Positions 1 to 8,495 of a stretch of 64,000 nucleotides of DNA are shown here, piece after piece (position 1 is the first letter of the stretch; the number at the start of each line of letters is the position of its first letter). The notes beneath the pieces were generated by a model, which was given only the letters and a program-made list of their open reading frames with translations, did not search any database and was not told where the DNA came from. Where the stretch lies: the sequence record MK327935.1. One strand, 5' to 3'. A program made the position numbers and the translations under genes. Source of the stretch: Escherichia phage vB_EcoM_G2494.

Positions 1-438
1 TCTCTGAAAGATGTTTTCGTTACTCACAATGTTGTAGTACCGGAAGAATCTGTAGACGTTGTTTCTGAACTTGACGAAGCACTCAAAGAAGAAAAAGAAA
101 AAACCTCCGAACTCTTTGATGCCAAACTGCAACTTGAAAGCGAAATTCGTGGCATGAAGCGCGAACAAGCGATCAATGAAAGCACTCGTGATCTTTCCGA
201 TACTCAGAAAGAAAAAGTAACCGCGCTGATTGAAGGTCTGGAATATAGCGAAACTTTCGATAAGAAATTAACTGCAATTGTCGAAATGGTTGCTAAGAAA
301 GAAGACAAACCAGCGAAGATTGAAGAATCACTAAATACTGATGCCGACAAGCTGAATGTTATTGCAGAAGCTGTCGAAGAATCAGAGAAAAAGGCAACTG
401 TAGATTCCGGCGTATCCCGCTACCTGAATTTCATCTAA
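1..438 (+). CDS. 22: prohead core scaffold protein gp22, C-terminal part (5' end lies upstream of window)
   Basis: Frame 1 is open from base 1 to TAA 436-438; Lys/Glu-rich coiled sequence; sits directly upstream of gp23 as in T4-type genomes. Confidence 0.7.
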   Translation, partial: SLKDVFVTHNVVVPEESVDVVSELDEALKEEKEKTSELFDAKLQLESEIRGMKREQAINESTRDLSDTQKEKVTALIEGLEYSETFDKKLTAIVEMVAKKEDKPAKIEESLNTDADKLNVIAEAVEESEKKATVDSGVSRYLNFI

Positions 439-456
439 TGTAATTCAAATCTACTT

Positions 457-464
457 TATAAATA
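457..464 (+). promoter_or_regulatory. T4-type late promoter TATAAATA for gene 23
   Basis: tataaata about 30 nt upstream of gp23 ATG. Confidence 0.7.
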
Positions 465-497
465 CTTTAGGTTAACAACAAACAAGGTTTAAAGAAC

Positions 498-2081
498 ATG
501 AAAACTACCAAAGAACTGATGGAAAAATGGTCCCCGCTGCTGGAGAACGAAAAACTGCCGGAAATCGCAACTGCGTCTAAGCAGAAACTGGTTGCTAAAA
601 TTCTGGAATCTCAGGAAGCGGATTTTGCTGTAGACCCGATCTATAAGGATGAAAAAGTTGTTGAAGCATTTGGTGGCTTTATCACCGAAGCAGAAGTTGC
701 TGGCGACCACGGTTACGATGCATCCAAAATCGCCGCAGGTCAGACCACTGGTGCAATCACCAACGTAGGTCCGGCTGTTATCGGTATGGTTCGCCGTGCT
801 ATCCCTAACCTGATCGCATTTGATATTTGTGGCGTTCAGCCGATGAGCACTCCGACTAGCCAGATCTTTGCAATCCGTTCTGTATACGGTGGCGATCCGC
901 TGAAATCCGATGCTCGCGAAGCATTCCACCCGATGTTTGCGCCGGATGTATATCATAGCTCTCTTGCCGCTAAAGACGCAACCGCAAGCTCTCCGACTGG
1001 TACTGCATTCCAGAAACTGCAAAACAGCCAAGCAATCAACGAAGGTGATATTGTATATCACGTATTCGAACAGACTGGTATTGCATATCTGCAAAACGTT
1101 AAAGGTTCTACCGTAACACCTACTCAGGCGGGAGATACCCTTGATGAATGCGTAATGAAGCTGATCGAAAAAGGCGAACTGGCTGAAATTGCTGCTGGTA
1201 TGGCTACTTCCATCGCTGAATTGCAGCAAGGGTTTAATGGTTCTCAGAATAACCCGTGGAACGAAATGTCAATGCGTATTGACAAACAGGTTGTTGAAGC
1301 GAAATCTCGCCAACTGAAAGCCCGTTACTCTATCGAAGTTGCGCAGGATCTGCGTGCTGTACACGGTATGGATGCTGACGCTGAACTGAATGCTATCCTG
1401 GCTAACGAAGTTCTGCTGGAAATCAACCGTGAAATCGTTGACGTCATCAACTTTACCGCTCAGGTTGGTAAGACTGGTATGACTCAGACCGTTGGTTCTA
1501 AAGCTGGTGTATTTGACCTGCAAGACCCGATCGATACTCGCGGTGCTCGTTGGGCTGGTGAATCCTTCAAATCTCTGATCTATCAGATCGACAAAGAAGC
1601 TGCTGAAATCGCTCGTCAGACTGGTCGCGGTGCTGGTAACTTTATTATCGCTTCCCGTAACGTTGTAAACATTCTGGCTTCTGCTGATCAGGGTATCAGT
1701 CTTGCTATGCAGGGTGCTGCACAGGGTCTGAACACCGACACCACTAAAGCTGTTTTCGCTGGTGTTCTGGCTGGTAAGTATAAAGTATTCATCGACCAGT
1801 ATGCTCGTCAGGACTACTTCACCGTAGGTTACAAAGGCGACAACGAAATGGATGCTGGTATCTACTATGCTCCGTATGTTGCTCTGACTCCGCTGCGTGC
1901 AACTGATCCGCAGTCTTTCCACCCGGTTCTGGGCTTCAAGACTCGCTACGGCATCGGTATTAACCCGTTTGCAGACAGCAAATCCCAGGCACCGTCCGCT
2001 CGCATCACCTCCGGTATGTTGAGCAAAGACAGCGTAGGTAAAAACGCATACTTCCGTCGTGTATGGGTTAAAGGTTGCTAA
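498..2081 (+). CDS. 23: major capsid protein gp23
   Basis: 527 aa; long collinear identity to T4 gp23 recalled from memory (e.g. GPAVMGMVRRAIPNLIAFDICGVQPM, GKNAYFRRV C-terminus). Confidence 0.97.
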   Translation: MKTTKELMEKWSPLLENEKLPEIATASKQKLVAKILESQEADFAVDPIYKDEKVVEAFGGFITEAEVAGDHGYDASKIAAGQTTGAITNVGPAVIGMVRRAIPNLIAFDICGVQPMSTPTSQIFAIRSVYGGDPLKSDAREAFHPMFAPDVYHSSLAAKDATASSPTGTAFQKLQNSQAINEGDIVYHVFEQTGIAYLQNVKGSTVTPTQAGDTLDECVMKLIEKGELAEIAAGMATSIAELQQGFNGSQNNPWNEMSMRIDKQVVEAKSRQLKARYSIEVAQDLRAVHGMDADAELNAILANEVLLEINREIVDVINFTAQVGKTGMTQTVGSKAGVFDLQDPIDTRGARWAGESFKSLIYQIDKEAAEIARQTGRGAGNFIIASRNVVNILASADQGISLAMQGAAQGLNTDTTKAVFAGVLAGKYKVFIDQYARQDYFTVGYKGDNEMDAGIYYAPYVALTPLRATDPQSFHPVLGFKTRYGIGINPFADSKSQAPSARITSGMLSKDSVGKNAYFRRVWVKGC

Positions 2082-2166
2082 TATAAGCCAATTCCTGAAA
2101 ACTCCGGTCGGGTGCAATACCCGACTTATCATAAACCTTATGACAGTGTAAAGTGTTAATTCCAAA

Positions 2167-2196
2167 GGGAAGACTCGAAAGGGTCTTCCCTTTTTG
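2167..2196 (+). terminator. rho-independent terminator after gene 23
   Basis: gggaagac-tcgaaagg-gtcttccc hairpin followed by TTTTT. Confidence 0.75.
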
Positions 2197-2580
2197 CGTA
2201 TTATATCCCGTTATAAATAAGGTTGCAAGCCTATATTCTATTGGGAGCGAAAATAGATACACACAACAAAGACAGGAAGATGCAGAACATCGGTGGGTTG
2301 CTAGCCTAAATCCGGTGGCTATAATATGTGATTTCTTTTGATGCTGGATTTATTAAAACACAACAAACAATTCCACCAATTTTCGTAGTAACTGCATGGC
2401 AAAGGGACAAATGAATGAAATGAGCGTTCATGTTGATATTGGGTCGGATAGATTTTGTAGATATACAGATCTGGTGTATGCCGACCTTGTTATGACATTC
2501 CAGCGTGACGCTAGCGGTAATTTTTGGTTTTGGTACGCTGTTCCCTGAATTAACCCAAAATTCTCCATAAGGAGGAATGC

Positions 2581-2733
2581 ATGAGTAAGAAAGAAAACAG
2601 CTATGTTATGACTCGTAAGGAATACAACGAATTGATGTTAGCATTAGCTTATGCAATTATTCGTTCTGATCATGCAATTAATCTGGTAAACAAAGTTAAC
2701 CGTAGCGTTGATAATGTTTCTAGGAAGAAGTAA
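2581..2733 (+). CDS. small hypothetical protein (50 aa)
   Basis: ATG preceded by AAGGAGG; clean 51-codon frame; followed by hairpin terminator. Confidence 0.45.
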   Translation: MSKKENSYVMTRKEYNELMLALAYAIIRSDHAINLVNKVNRSVDNVSRKK

Positions 2734-2742
2734 GTTTATTTT

Positions 2743-2770
2743 GGAATCCTTCGGATTCCTTTTTCTTTTT
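2743..2770 (+). terminator. rho-independent terminator
   Basis: ggaatcc-ttc-ggattcc hairpin followed by T-run. Confidence 0.6.
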
Positions 2771-2772
2771 GT

Positions 2773-2780
2773 ATAAATAT
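2773..2780 (+). promoter_or_regulatory. T4-type late promoter TATAAATA for gene 24
   Basis: tataaata about 37 nt upstream of the gp24 ATG at 2817. Confidence 0.65.
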
Positions 2781-2816
2781 GATATATCCATTAAGGCAAA
2801 TACAGGATTCATAAAC

Positions 2817-4058
2817 ATGACTCATATTTTTACTGAACTGTTGCGGGAATCTACTTCCTCAGTAGCTAACCAGACAGCGCGACCGCAACTATTATCATTA
2901 ACTCGCGCGGTAAACAACCTGATTTTCTCTGATCTGGTAGCAATCCAGCCAACGGATCAACCAGTATCTGCATTGTACGGCCTACGTTATCTTAATCGTG
3001 ATGGTCAGATGACTTTCCGAACTGCTGCGACCTACGGTGGCGCGGCTGGTGATCGCACAGAGATTGAAGAGTTTTCAAAAGAAAAATCTTATGACGAAGG
3101 CGCACTGTTCAAATCAGGCGATGTTGTATACGAAGTTGTGACCGCTGGTACAGTCGGTGAAGATGCCGAAACTCCAGAATCTGCAATCTTTAAAGGCGTA
3201 ATGACAAACAAAATTCGTTTCTATAGCGATTGTGCATCGGTAGAATACTTTGAAGATAAAAACACCGAAATTGCGTCTACCTCTATGCAGTTTGACAAGT
3301 GGCAAGTTAATGTAGGTTCTCGTAAACTGAAAACCTCGTTCACCACTGAATTAATGCAGGATCTTGAGGCAAGCCAAATCAACTCTGAAAACTCTGTAAT
3401 TGATCTTCTGGCTACTGTTGCTTCCGAAGAGATCAACAAAGATATTATTCAGAAGTTGATCACTGTATCATCTCGCTATAAAATTAAAGGGATCACCCCT
3501 GATGGCGTACTTTCTCTCGTTAGCGTTCAGGATGCACCAACACAATCGCGTGAACTTTACCGCTATGCTTGCGAGATGAGCAATCAAATGTTGCGGACTT
3601 CCTCCTTTGCTGGTACATACGTTTTGGCGTCTTCTCGCGTGGTTGGCCTCCTGCAATCATCCGGTTGGATGGAAGAAACCGACAATGCTCTAAGCGAAGG
3701 TCGTCTACGTTGCGGTCTGGAAGTGTACGCAGACACGACAACACCTTTCGATTATATGCTCGTTGGTTGTAAGCACATGATCGGTGATATGGAGAGTGTC
3801 GGTTCTCTGTTCTACTCCCCATATACAGAAGCCGACGGCGCTGGCGCGTATAAGAGCGTAATTGACCCTAATAGCTTCCAGCATCATGTAGCTATTATGA
3901 ATCGTTATTCACTCTCTGTCAACCCATACACATCAAAAGTTGATCAGGAAGAACACCAGGTCATCAAGGGTGACGATTGGGGTAAAATGGCTGGACGTTC
4001 AGAAATGTCCTACATTTTAGGAATCGAACTGCCACCACTTGAGATTGACAACGCTTAA
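2817..4058 (+). CDS. 24: capsid vertex protein gp24
   Basis: Collinear similarity to T4 gp24 (ELLREST start, C-terminal MAGRS motif); true ATG at 2817, the ORF-track start at 2769 is a TTG. Confidence 0.93.
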   Translation: MTHIFTELLRESTSSVANQTARPQLLSLTRAVNNLIFSDLVAIQPTDQPVSALYGLRYLNRDGQMTFRTAATYGGAAGDRTEIEEFSKEKSYDEGALFKSGDVVYEVVTAGTVGEDAETPESAIFKGVMTNKIRFYSDCASVEYFEDKNTEIASTSMQFDKWQVNVGSRKLKTSFTTELMQDLEASQINSENSVIDLLATVASEEINKDIIQKLITVSSRYKIKGITPDGVLSLVSVQDAPTQSRELYRYACEMSNQMLRTSSFAGTYVLASSRVVGLLQSSGWMEETDNALSEGRLRCGLEVYADTTTPFDYMLVGCKHMIGDMESVGSLFYSPYTEADGAGAYKSVIDPNSFQHHVAIMNRYSLSVNPYTSKVDQEEHQVIKGDDWGKMAGRSEMSYILGIELPPLEIDNA

Positions 4059-4646
4059 CTAAATATCTAACCAAGACAAGTCAGATCCGCCAAAGATTTT
4101 TTCGACGGCGGATCTATTTTCTTGATGATATAAGTTAAAACATGGTATCCCATGTCTACGGGCAACATAAACAGCAATTCTAGTTCCTCCCGAAACGATT
4201 CCATTAACTTCTTTCGCCCAAAATATCACACAATCTACAGGGTCATCAAGTGTCTCACCTAAGACTTGAGCAACATTTCTAGAAAACAGATTTTGCATGT
4301 ATAACGGTATAGAACGAGGATTATCATAAACGTGTTCTAATTCATCCATCGCCAGATTTTTTTGTTCTAAGGTTTGCCATGCAATCACATCATGACCGTT
4401 ATGCTTGTGGTCATAAAACTTCCAATTTGGAATGAAAATTTTTCTATAATCTGGATCGTAATACTTCATGAAAGCATTGTCCATACCGTAAGCCCCTCCA
4501 GAATGCGCTACAACGCGATTTTCTGACAATACCCTCCCAATGGTACTAGCCATTATCAAAATGTCGCTAGGCGCTTTTCTAGAGCCTATTAAAGCACATC
4601 TACGAAGTGGTTTTACTCCAAATAGATCTTGTAACTGGTCAAACAT
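4059..4646 (-). CDS. SLOG/DprA-like Rossmann-fold protein (195 aa)
   Basis: GSR motif (res 21-23) and SGGAYGMD (res 49-56) typical of the DprA/Smf-LOG (SLOG) superfamily; ATG start. Confidence 0.5.
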   Translation of the reverse strand: MFDQLQDLFGVKPLRRCALIGSRKAPSDILIMASTIGRVLSENRVVAHSGGAYGMDNAFMKYYDPDYRKIFIPNWKFYDHKHNGHDVIAWQTLEQKNLAMDELEHVYDNPRSIPLYMQNLFSRNVAQVLGETLDDPVDCVIFWAKEVNGIVSGGTRIAVYVARRHGIPCFNLYHQENRSAVEKIFGGSDLSWLDI

Positions 4647-4771
4647 AATATTTCCTCCATAGAAAGCAATATCATACTACAAGTTAATAACAAATACAAG
4701 TATCCGCGTAGCGGAAGCGAGCACAGCGAGCAATAAAAACACTTCCAGTAATTGATTAATAAATGTTCGAA

Positions 4772-4825
4772 ACAAATTTTTATTATTCTATAAGATAAGT
4801 CTTCGTTTTGATCATAATTTAATCA
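4772..4825. repeat. intergenic dispersed repeat, copy 1
   Basis: acaaattttt-attattcta...cttcgttttgatcataatttaatca; related to 4925-4974 and to reverse complement of 57378-57420. Confidence 0.6.
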
Positions 4826-4924
4826 CACATGTAAAAACTACACAAAAGGATATCGCTTCGCGAACTCCTACGGAGTATAACATTTGTGTTACAATATGTA
4901 GTGATTAATAATTAACCAAAGATA

Positions 4925-4974
4925 CATTTTCTATGTTCTAAAGATCTTTCTTCGTTTTGATCATAATTTAATCA
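4925..4974. repeat. intergenic dispersed repeat, copy 2
   Basis: ttctaaagatctttcttcgttttgatcataatttaatca; about 90 percent identical to reverse complement of 57378-57420. Confidence 0.6.
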
Positions 4975-5027
4975 AACAGTATTAATATCGTGCACATGTA
5001 AACTAAAATTATGTTAATAACATATAC

Positions 5028-5054
5028 AAAAAAAGCCGCCCCGAAGGACGGCTA
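5028..5054 (-). terminator. rho-independent terminator (minus strand)
   Basis: A-run then agccgcc-ccgaagg-acggct hairpin on plus strand, i.e. hairpin plus U-run on minus strand after gene 5062-5499. Confidence 0.55.
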
Positions 5055-5061
5055 ATGTTAA

Positions 5062-5499
5062 TTATTTGTTGATAACGATCTGATTTCGGCGAATGGTAAC
5101 ATTACTCTTAGAGATGATCAGATCATCCGGCACTACGTTAGTTTTGTATGGTTGGAAGCGAACAAGCATCTGATTGCGTTTAGACCCTTCCTTAATCTTG
5201 ATTTCCATCTGGATATTGTTGCCTACGTGAGCAACCGCAATTTCACCTTTATTCTCATAGACCCACTTGCTGGTAACGTCTCCAGCAAAAGCCTTAATAA
5301 CTTGCAATGCTTCGTCGTATGCGGTAGAGCTGTGAACTTTCAGAAGGCCAGCCGTAGCAAGACGGGAGCAGGTGATCGCCGGAGATTGCCAAACATCAAC
5401 ATTAATTTGCTCAATCAGAGTAACACCGCCCTGATCAACTGCTTTGAATGCTTCGAACATTGCCTTTTTCATTGCTACGTGGGTTTTACGGAATTTCAT
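5062..5499 (-). CDS. hypothetical protein (145 aa)
   Basis: ATG with AGAGGTG SD; no recognisable motif. Confidence 0.6.
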   Translation of the reverse strand: MKFRKTHVAMKKAMFEAFKAVDQGGVTLIEQINVDVWQSPAITCSRLATAGLLKVHSSTAYDEALQVIKAFAGDVTSKWVYENKGEIAVAHVGNNIQMEIKIKEGSKRNQMLVRFQPYKTNVVPDDLIISKSNVTIRRNQIVINK

Positions 5500-5545
5500 A
5501 ATTAGTCACCTCTATTGATTAGTTATTCAGAATATTAATTACAAA

Positions 5546-5821
5546 TCAGGACATTGCCCGTTTGAATGCGTCCATTATAACAGTGTTATTTGGCTTGTCA
5601 ACACGTTTTTGAACTTTATTTTTAAATTTTTTGTTGATGTGGTGTTTACGATAAACAACCTTTTCACGGTTGGCGTAAGCCTCGCGTGCATCTTTTACCA
5701 TCAACCATGCCTTAGCCGCATCTTGTCCGCTGATCCCGCCAATCTTTTTAGCAATATCAACAAAATTAAGACCGTGGTCTTCTCGTAGCATGTAAACCAT
5801 TAACGCTGTTTTCTTGTCCAT
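5546..5821 (-). CDS. hypothetical protein, possible helix-turn-helix (91 aa from internal ATG)
   Basis: ATG at 5821 overlaps the TGA of upstream ORF (ATGA-type coupling); ORF-track start at 5929 lacks an SD; start uncertain. Confidence 0.4.
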   Translation of the reverse strand: MDKKTALMVYMLREDHGLNFVDIAKKIGGISGQDAAKAWLMVKDAREAYANREKVVYRKHHINKKFKNKVQKRVDKPNNTVIMDAFKRAMS

Positions 5822-6018
5822 CACTTCGCCCCATTGACGATTAACAGGATAGTGATCAGCACCGGAAACTGGATCATGATAGTGCCAATAAACCGGATAA
5901 ACGCATTTTCTGACTTCCACACATGACATGCGACTAGCTGATATACCATTGTTGCCACCAAAGCCAGAAAATACATCTCGATTGGTGTTTCTTTGATCAA
6001 TCGTACAATCTCATTCAT
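5821..6018 (-). CDS. small membrane protein (65 aa)
   Basis: GAGGTG SD 4 nt upstream of ATG; two hydrophobic segments. Confidence 0.45.
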   Translation of the reverse strand: MNEIVRLIKETPIEMYFLALVATMVYQLVACHVWKSENAFIRFIGTIMIQFPVLITILLIVNGAK

Positions 6019-6183
6019 ACTTCACCTCATACATTCATAAACACAACAACGAATAGGACAGTAACAGTTATCAACGCCATTTTCAACCCCACATTCATAA
6101 TATTTTCTTCGCCTCACTATGGACAGTAGCATGTCGATGTGTGCCATTATAGGCATCTAAATCGCTCTGTCAAGCACAAAAAC

Positions 6184-6208
6184 AAAAAAGCCACCCCGAA
6201 GGATGGCT
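6184..6208 (-). terminator. rho-independent terminator (minus strand) after hoc
   Basis: A-run plus agccacc-ccgaagg-atggct hairpin on plus strand. Confidence 0.5.
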
Positions 6209-6219
6209 GATATATTTCA

Positions 6220-7434
6220 TTAAGCAGGATGCATTTCACGAATGCGTAGAACTCGCTCTAACGTCTCTCGGTCCAGTTTATGTAACTCTTTGGAATGATA
6301 CATGAAACCATTGCGAGATTCCATGCAAGTGCAATCACTATATTTTTCTTCCGCTGCCGCGATTGTCTCCAGATCTTTGGCGTACTTGCTTGTTGAATAA
6401 ACTTCTCGATCACGCCACTCTAACCCAGCCTCATTGAATTTAACAATCTCGTCAAATACCCACCATCCAATGTAGATAAATGAAGTTTTGCGCCACGGGA
6501 TCGGGTGTACGTAACGAAACATTTTAACAACTTCCATCGAACATTTTCGGCTTGTACTTGCTGCAACTTCTACTGTTTCATCTTCGATCTGTTGATATAG
6601 TTTAGCAACACACCAGAATTTGGCTGTGTCATCGTAAGTAGCACTCTCTTTGAACAGATGACCGTCTGGAGTGATAGAAAATCCTTCCAGTGCTTCGCCG
6701 ACCTCACTACCGATCAGAGTCGGTGACATTTGCCCTTCGCGCTGCAAATACCAGTTATATTTGATCGTCAAATTAGGCATACCGCTAGAATCGCCTACAA
6801 TGTTCTCTGACACAACATAATTAAGTAAGATCTCATTACCTAGTGCCACGGTCTTTGATTCCACCACATCCTGATCTAAGTTCATTGTTGCCAGCATTAT
6901 TTTAGTCGATGCGCTAGCGGCTGAATCTTCCGACTCACCCCACACTTTTACAGTATACACGCCGTTTTTATCTGCTGTAAATTCTTGGATTGTAATATCT
7001 TTTTTTGTGTCTATAACGTCTTCGCCCTTACTCCAACTATAATGTAGTTCATAGTTGTCTGCTGGAGTCTTCCCACCAGAAAATTTTACTGTTGCATGTA
7101 ATTCTACGTCTGTTTGTGATGATACGTAGAAATGCTGCGGTTCGGTGATATTTACGATTAATTCAGCTTCTTCCATGAGAAAAACTTCAGATTCTACTGA
7201 TTCCATCGTATCGGTATCCTGTACCGTTACTTTATAGATACCCGCATTTTCACTTGTTGCGTCTGCTACAGATAGCGTAGCTGTGCTATTTTCATGTGGT
7301 TGGTCGTCTTTTGTCCATGTATATGTCAAATTGCTGGGTAATGGTTCGTCACCCGATACAGTCGCCGTTAAGGTGAAACCATCGCCAGCAAGAAAACATC
7401 TTTTGTCAGATTTAATTGATACTGTGAAAGCCAT
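6220..7434 (-). CDS. hoc: highly immunogenic outer capsid protein Hoc (Ig-like domains plus capsid-binding C-terminus)
   Basis: 404 aa; C-terminal YVHPIPWRKTSFIYIGWWVFDEIVK ... ESRNGF matches the T4 Hoc capsid-binding module. Confidence 0.8.
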   Translation of the reverse strand: MAFTVSIKSDKRCFLAGDGFTLTATVSGDEPLPSNLTYTWTKDDQPHENSTATLSVADATSENAGIYKVTVQDTDTMESVESEVFLMEEAELIVNITEPQHFYVSSQTDVELHATVKFSGGKTPADNYELHYSWSKGEDVIDTKKDITIQEFTADKNGVYTVKVWGESEDSAASASTKIMLATMNLDQDVVESKTVALGNEILLNYVVSENIVGDSSGMPNLTIKYNWYLQREGQMSPTLIGSEVGEALEGFSITPDGHLFKESATYDDTAKFWCVAKLYQQIEDETVEVAASTSRKCSMEVVKMFRYVHPIPWRKTSFIYIGWWVFDEIVKFNEAGLEWRDREVYSTSKYAKDLETIAAAEEKYSDCTCMESRNGFMYHSKELHKLDRETLERVLRIREMHPA

Positions 7435-7603
7435 ATAAAGCCACTCCCATAGAAAATCCGAATTTAATTAATTGAAATAGTTGATTGCCATCAACCAGAT
7501 AACCATTGCGAGATTCCAATACATGAGTATTAGAATAGTGATGCAACGAGGCCGAAATAGTATCGATCTCGTCTGGGTATTTGTTCTGTTTGATGTAATA
7601 CAT
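7412..7603 (-). CDS. small ORF with Hoc C-terminus-like motif (possible gene remnant)
   Basis: KYPDEID ... ESRNGY resembles T4 Hoc C-terminal DYPEVDVQESRNGY; overlaps hoc start by 23 nt. Confidence 0.3.
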   Translation of the reverse strand: MYYIKQNKYPDEIDTISASLHHYSNTHVLESRNGYLVDGNQLFQLIKFGFSMGVALYGFHSIN

Positions 7604-7699
7604 TTATTTTGTTAGACATGTAGTATCCTCTTTTTAATTGCATAACGGAACTACAATTAAAATTATAACAAATATTTCACAACTTTTATCACCCAAAAA

Positions 7700-8425
7700 T
7701 TACTTGAGTGTGTGGAATTGGCTGTGTTTAGTCTCTCGCACCTTGACAGACCCATCGCGTTTGATATAATAGATCAGTGACTTGAGTGTGTCGTGTACAT
7801 ACGCGTGCGGGAAACGCTCTGGATACTTCTTCCAATCTGGAGTATTAACGATCCAGTCGAAAATCCACCACGGGCAGGAGTAGTAACCACGACCGCCACC
7901 GATCAAGCAAATGGTCGGACGGAAACCAGTAAGATCGCAAAATGAATCAGTGTCATGTGCTGGGGAACGATGCTCTGCTTCGTTAGAGAAAATGTTGGCT
8001 ACCGGAGATTCCACTTTAACTTCCGGTGCTTCTTCAACATCTGACTTAACTTCTTCGACCACTGGTTCAACTGCCGGAGATTCTTCTTTTGTTTCTTCAA
8101 TGACGATCTCAGGTTCTTTCATTGCTTCAACCAGAGACGGATCAACTTCGTCGAATACCACTTTATCATCTGCGGTGTCTGTTGCCAGAATAAGATCGTT
8201 AATACTGGTTCCTTCTGCCGGAGTTTCTTCTTCCATTTCGGAAGCCAGTTTAGTTAATTCTGTTTCTACGAACTCGATCATGTTCTCTAGCGAGAGCGTC
8301 TTTTTGACCTTTATATCAAATTGTTTTGCGTAGTCCGCTAATTCTGTTTTAGCGGCTTTCTGTGATTCTTTGTCGTCGGACGCCGCAATAGCGCGGAGTT
8401 CTTCGAAATATTCTTTATCAAACAT
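7700..8425 (-). CDS. inh: Inh-like protein (acidic N-terminal region, Hoc-related C-terminal WWIFDWIV motif)
   Basis: Position between hoc and uvsW as for T4 inh; C-terminal similarity to Hoc capsid-binding region; identity to Inh from synteny only. Confidence 0.45.
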   Translation of the reverse strand: MFDKEYFEELRAIAASDDKESQKAAKTELADYAKQFDIKVKKTLSLENMIEFVETELTKLASEMEEETPAEGTSINDLILATDTADDKVVFDEVDPSLVEAMKEPEIVIEETKEESPAVEPVVEEVKSDVEEAPEVKVESPVANIFSNEAEHRSPAHDTDSFCDLTGFRPTICLIGGGRGYYSCPWWIFDWIVNTPDWKKYPERFPHAYVHDTLKSLIYYIKRDGSVKVRETKHSQFHTLK

Positions 8426-8452
8426 GTTATTCTCCTGATTGGTGGTGTTTGT

Positions 8453-8460
8453 ATAAATAT
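8453..8460 (+). promoter_or_regulatory. T4-type late promoter TATAAATA for uvsW
   Basis: tataaata about 36 nt upstream of uvsW ATG. Confidence 0.6.
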
Positions 8461-8495
8461 TTGTATACTGTATTTATTGAGTGAGGCTATTCGCT

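Noticed and set aside
154-438. ORF-track call of a 94-aa gene starting at ATG 154
   Set aside because: The frame is open from base 1, so this is the C-terminal part of gene 22 continuing upstream of the window.
489-2165. Long minus-strand ORFs (489-1229, 1269-2165) inside gene 23
   Set aside because: Antisense shadow ORFs within a highly conserved capsid gene; no start context or SD.
2396-2548. 50-aa plus-strand ORF between genes 23 and 24
   Set aside because: No Shine-Dalgarno sequence and no recognisable features; the downstream 2581-2733 ORF with a strong SD is the better candidate.
4647-5061. tRNA or small RNA gene in the 415-bp intergenic region
   Set aside because: No cloverleaf-compatible segment or GTTCGAATC-type T-loop found by eye; region is better described as repeat-containing regulatory DNA. 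Would need tRNAscan/Infernal to exclude fully.
7604-7699. Promoter upstream of the 7412-7603 ORF
   Set aside because: TTGTGA and TATAAT-like hexamers are only 9 bp apart; spacing incompatible with sigma70 recognition.
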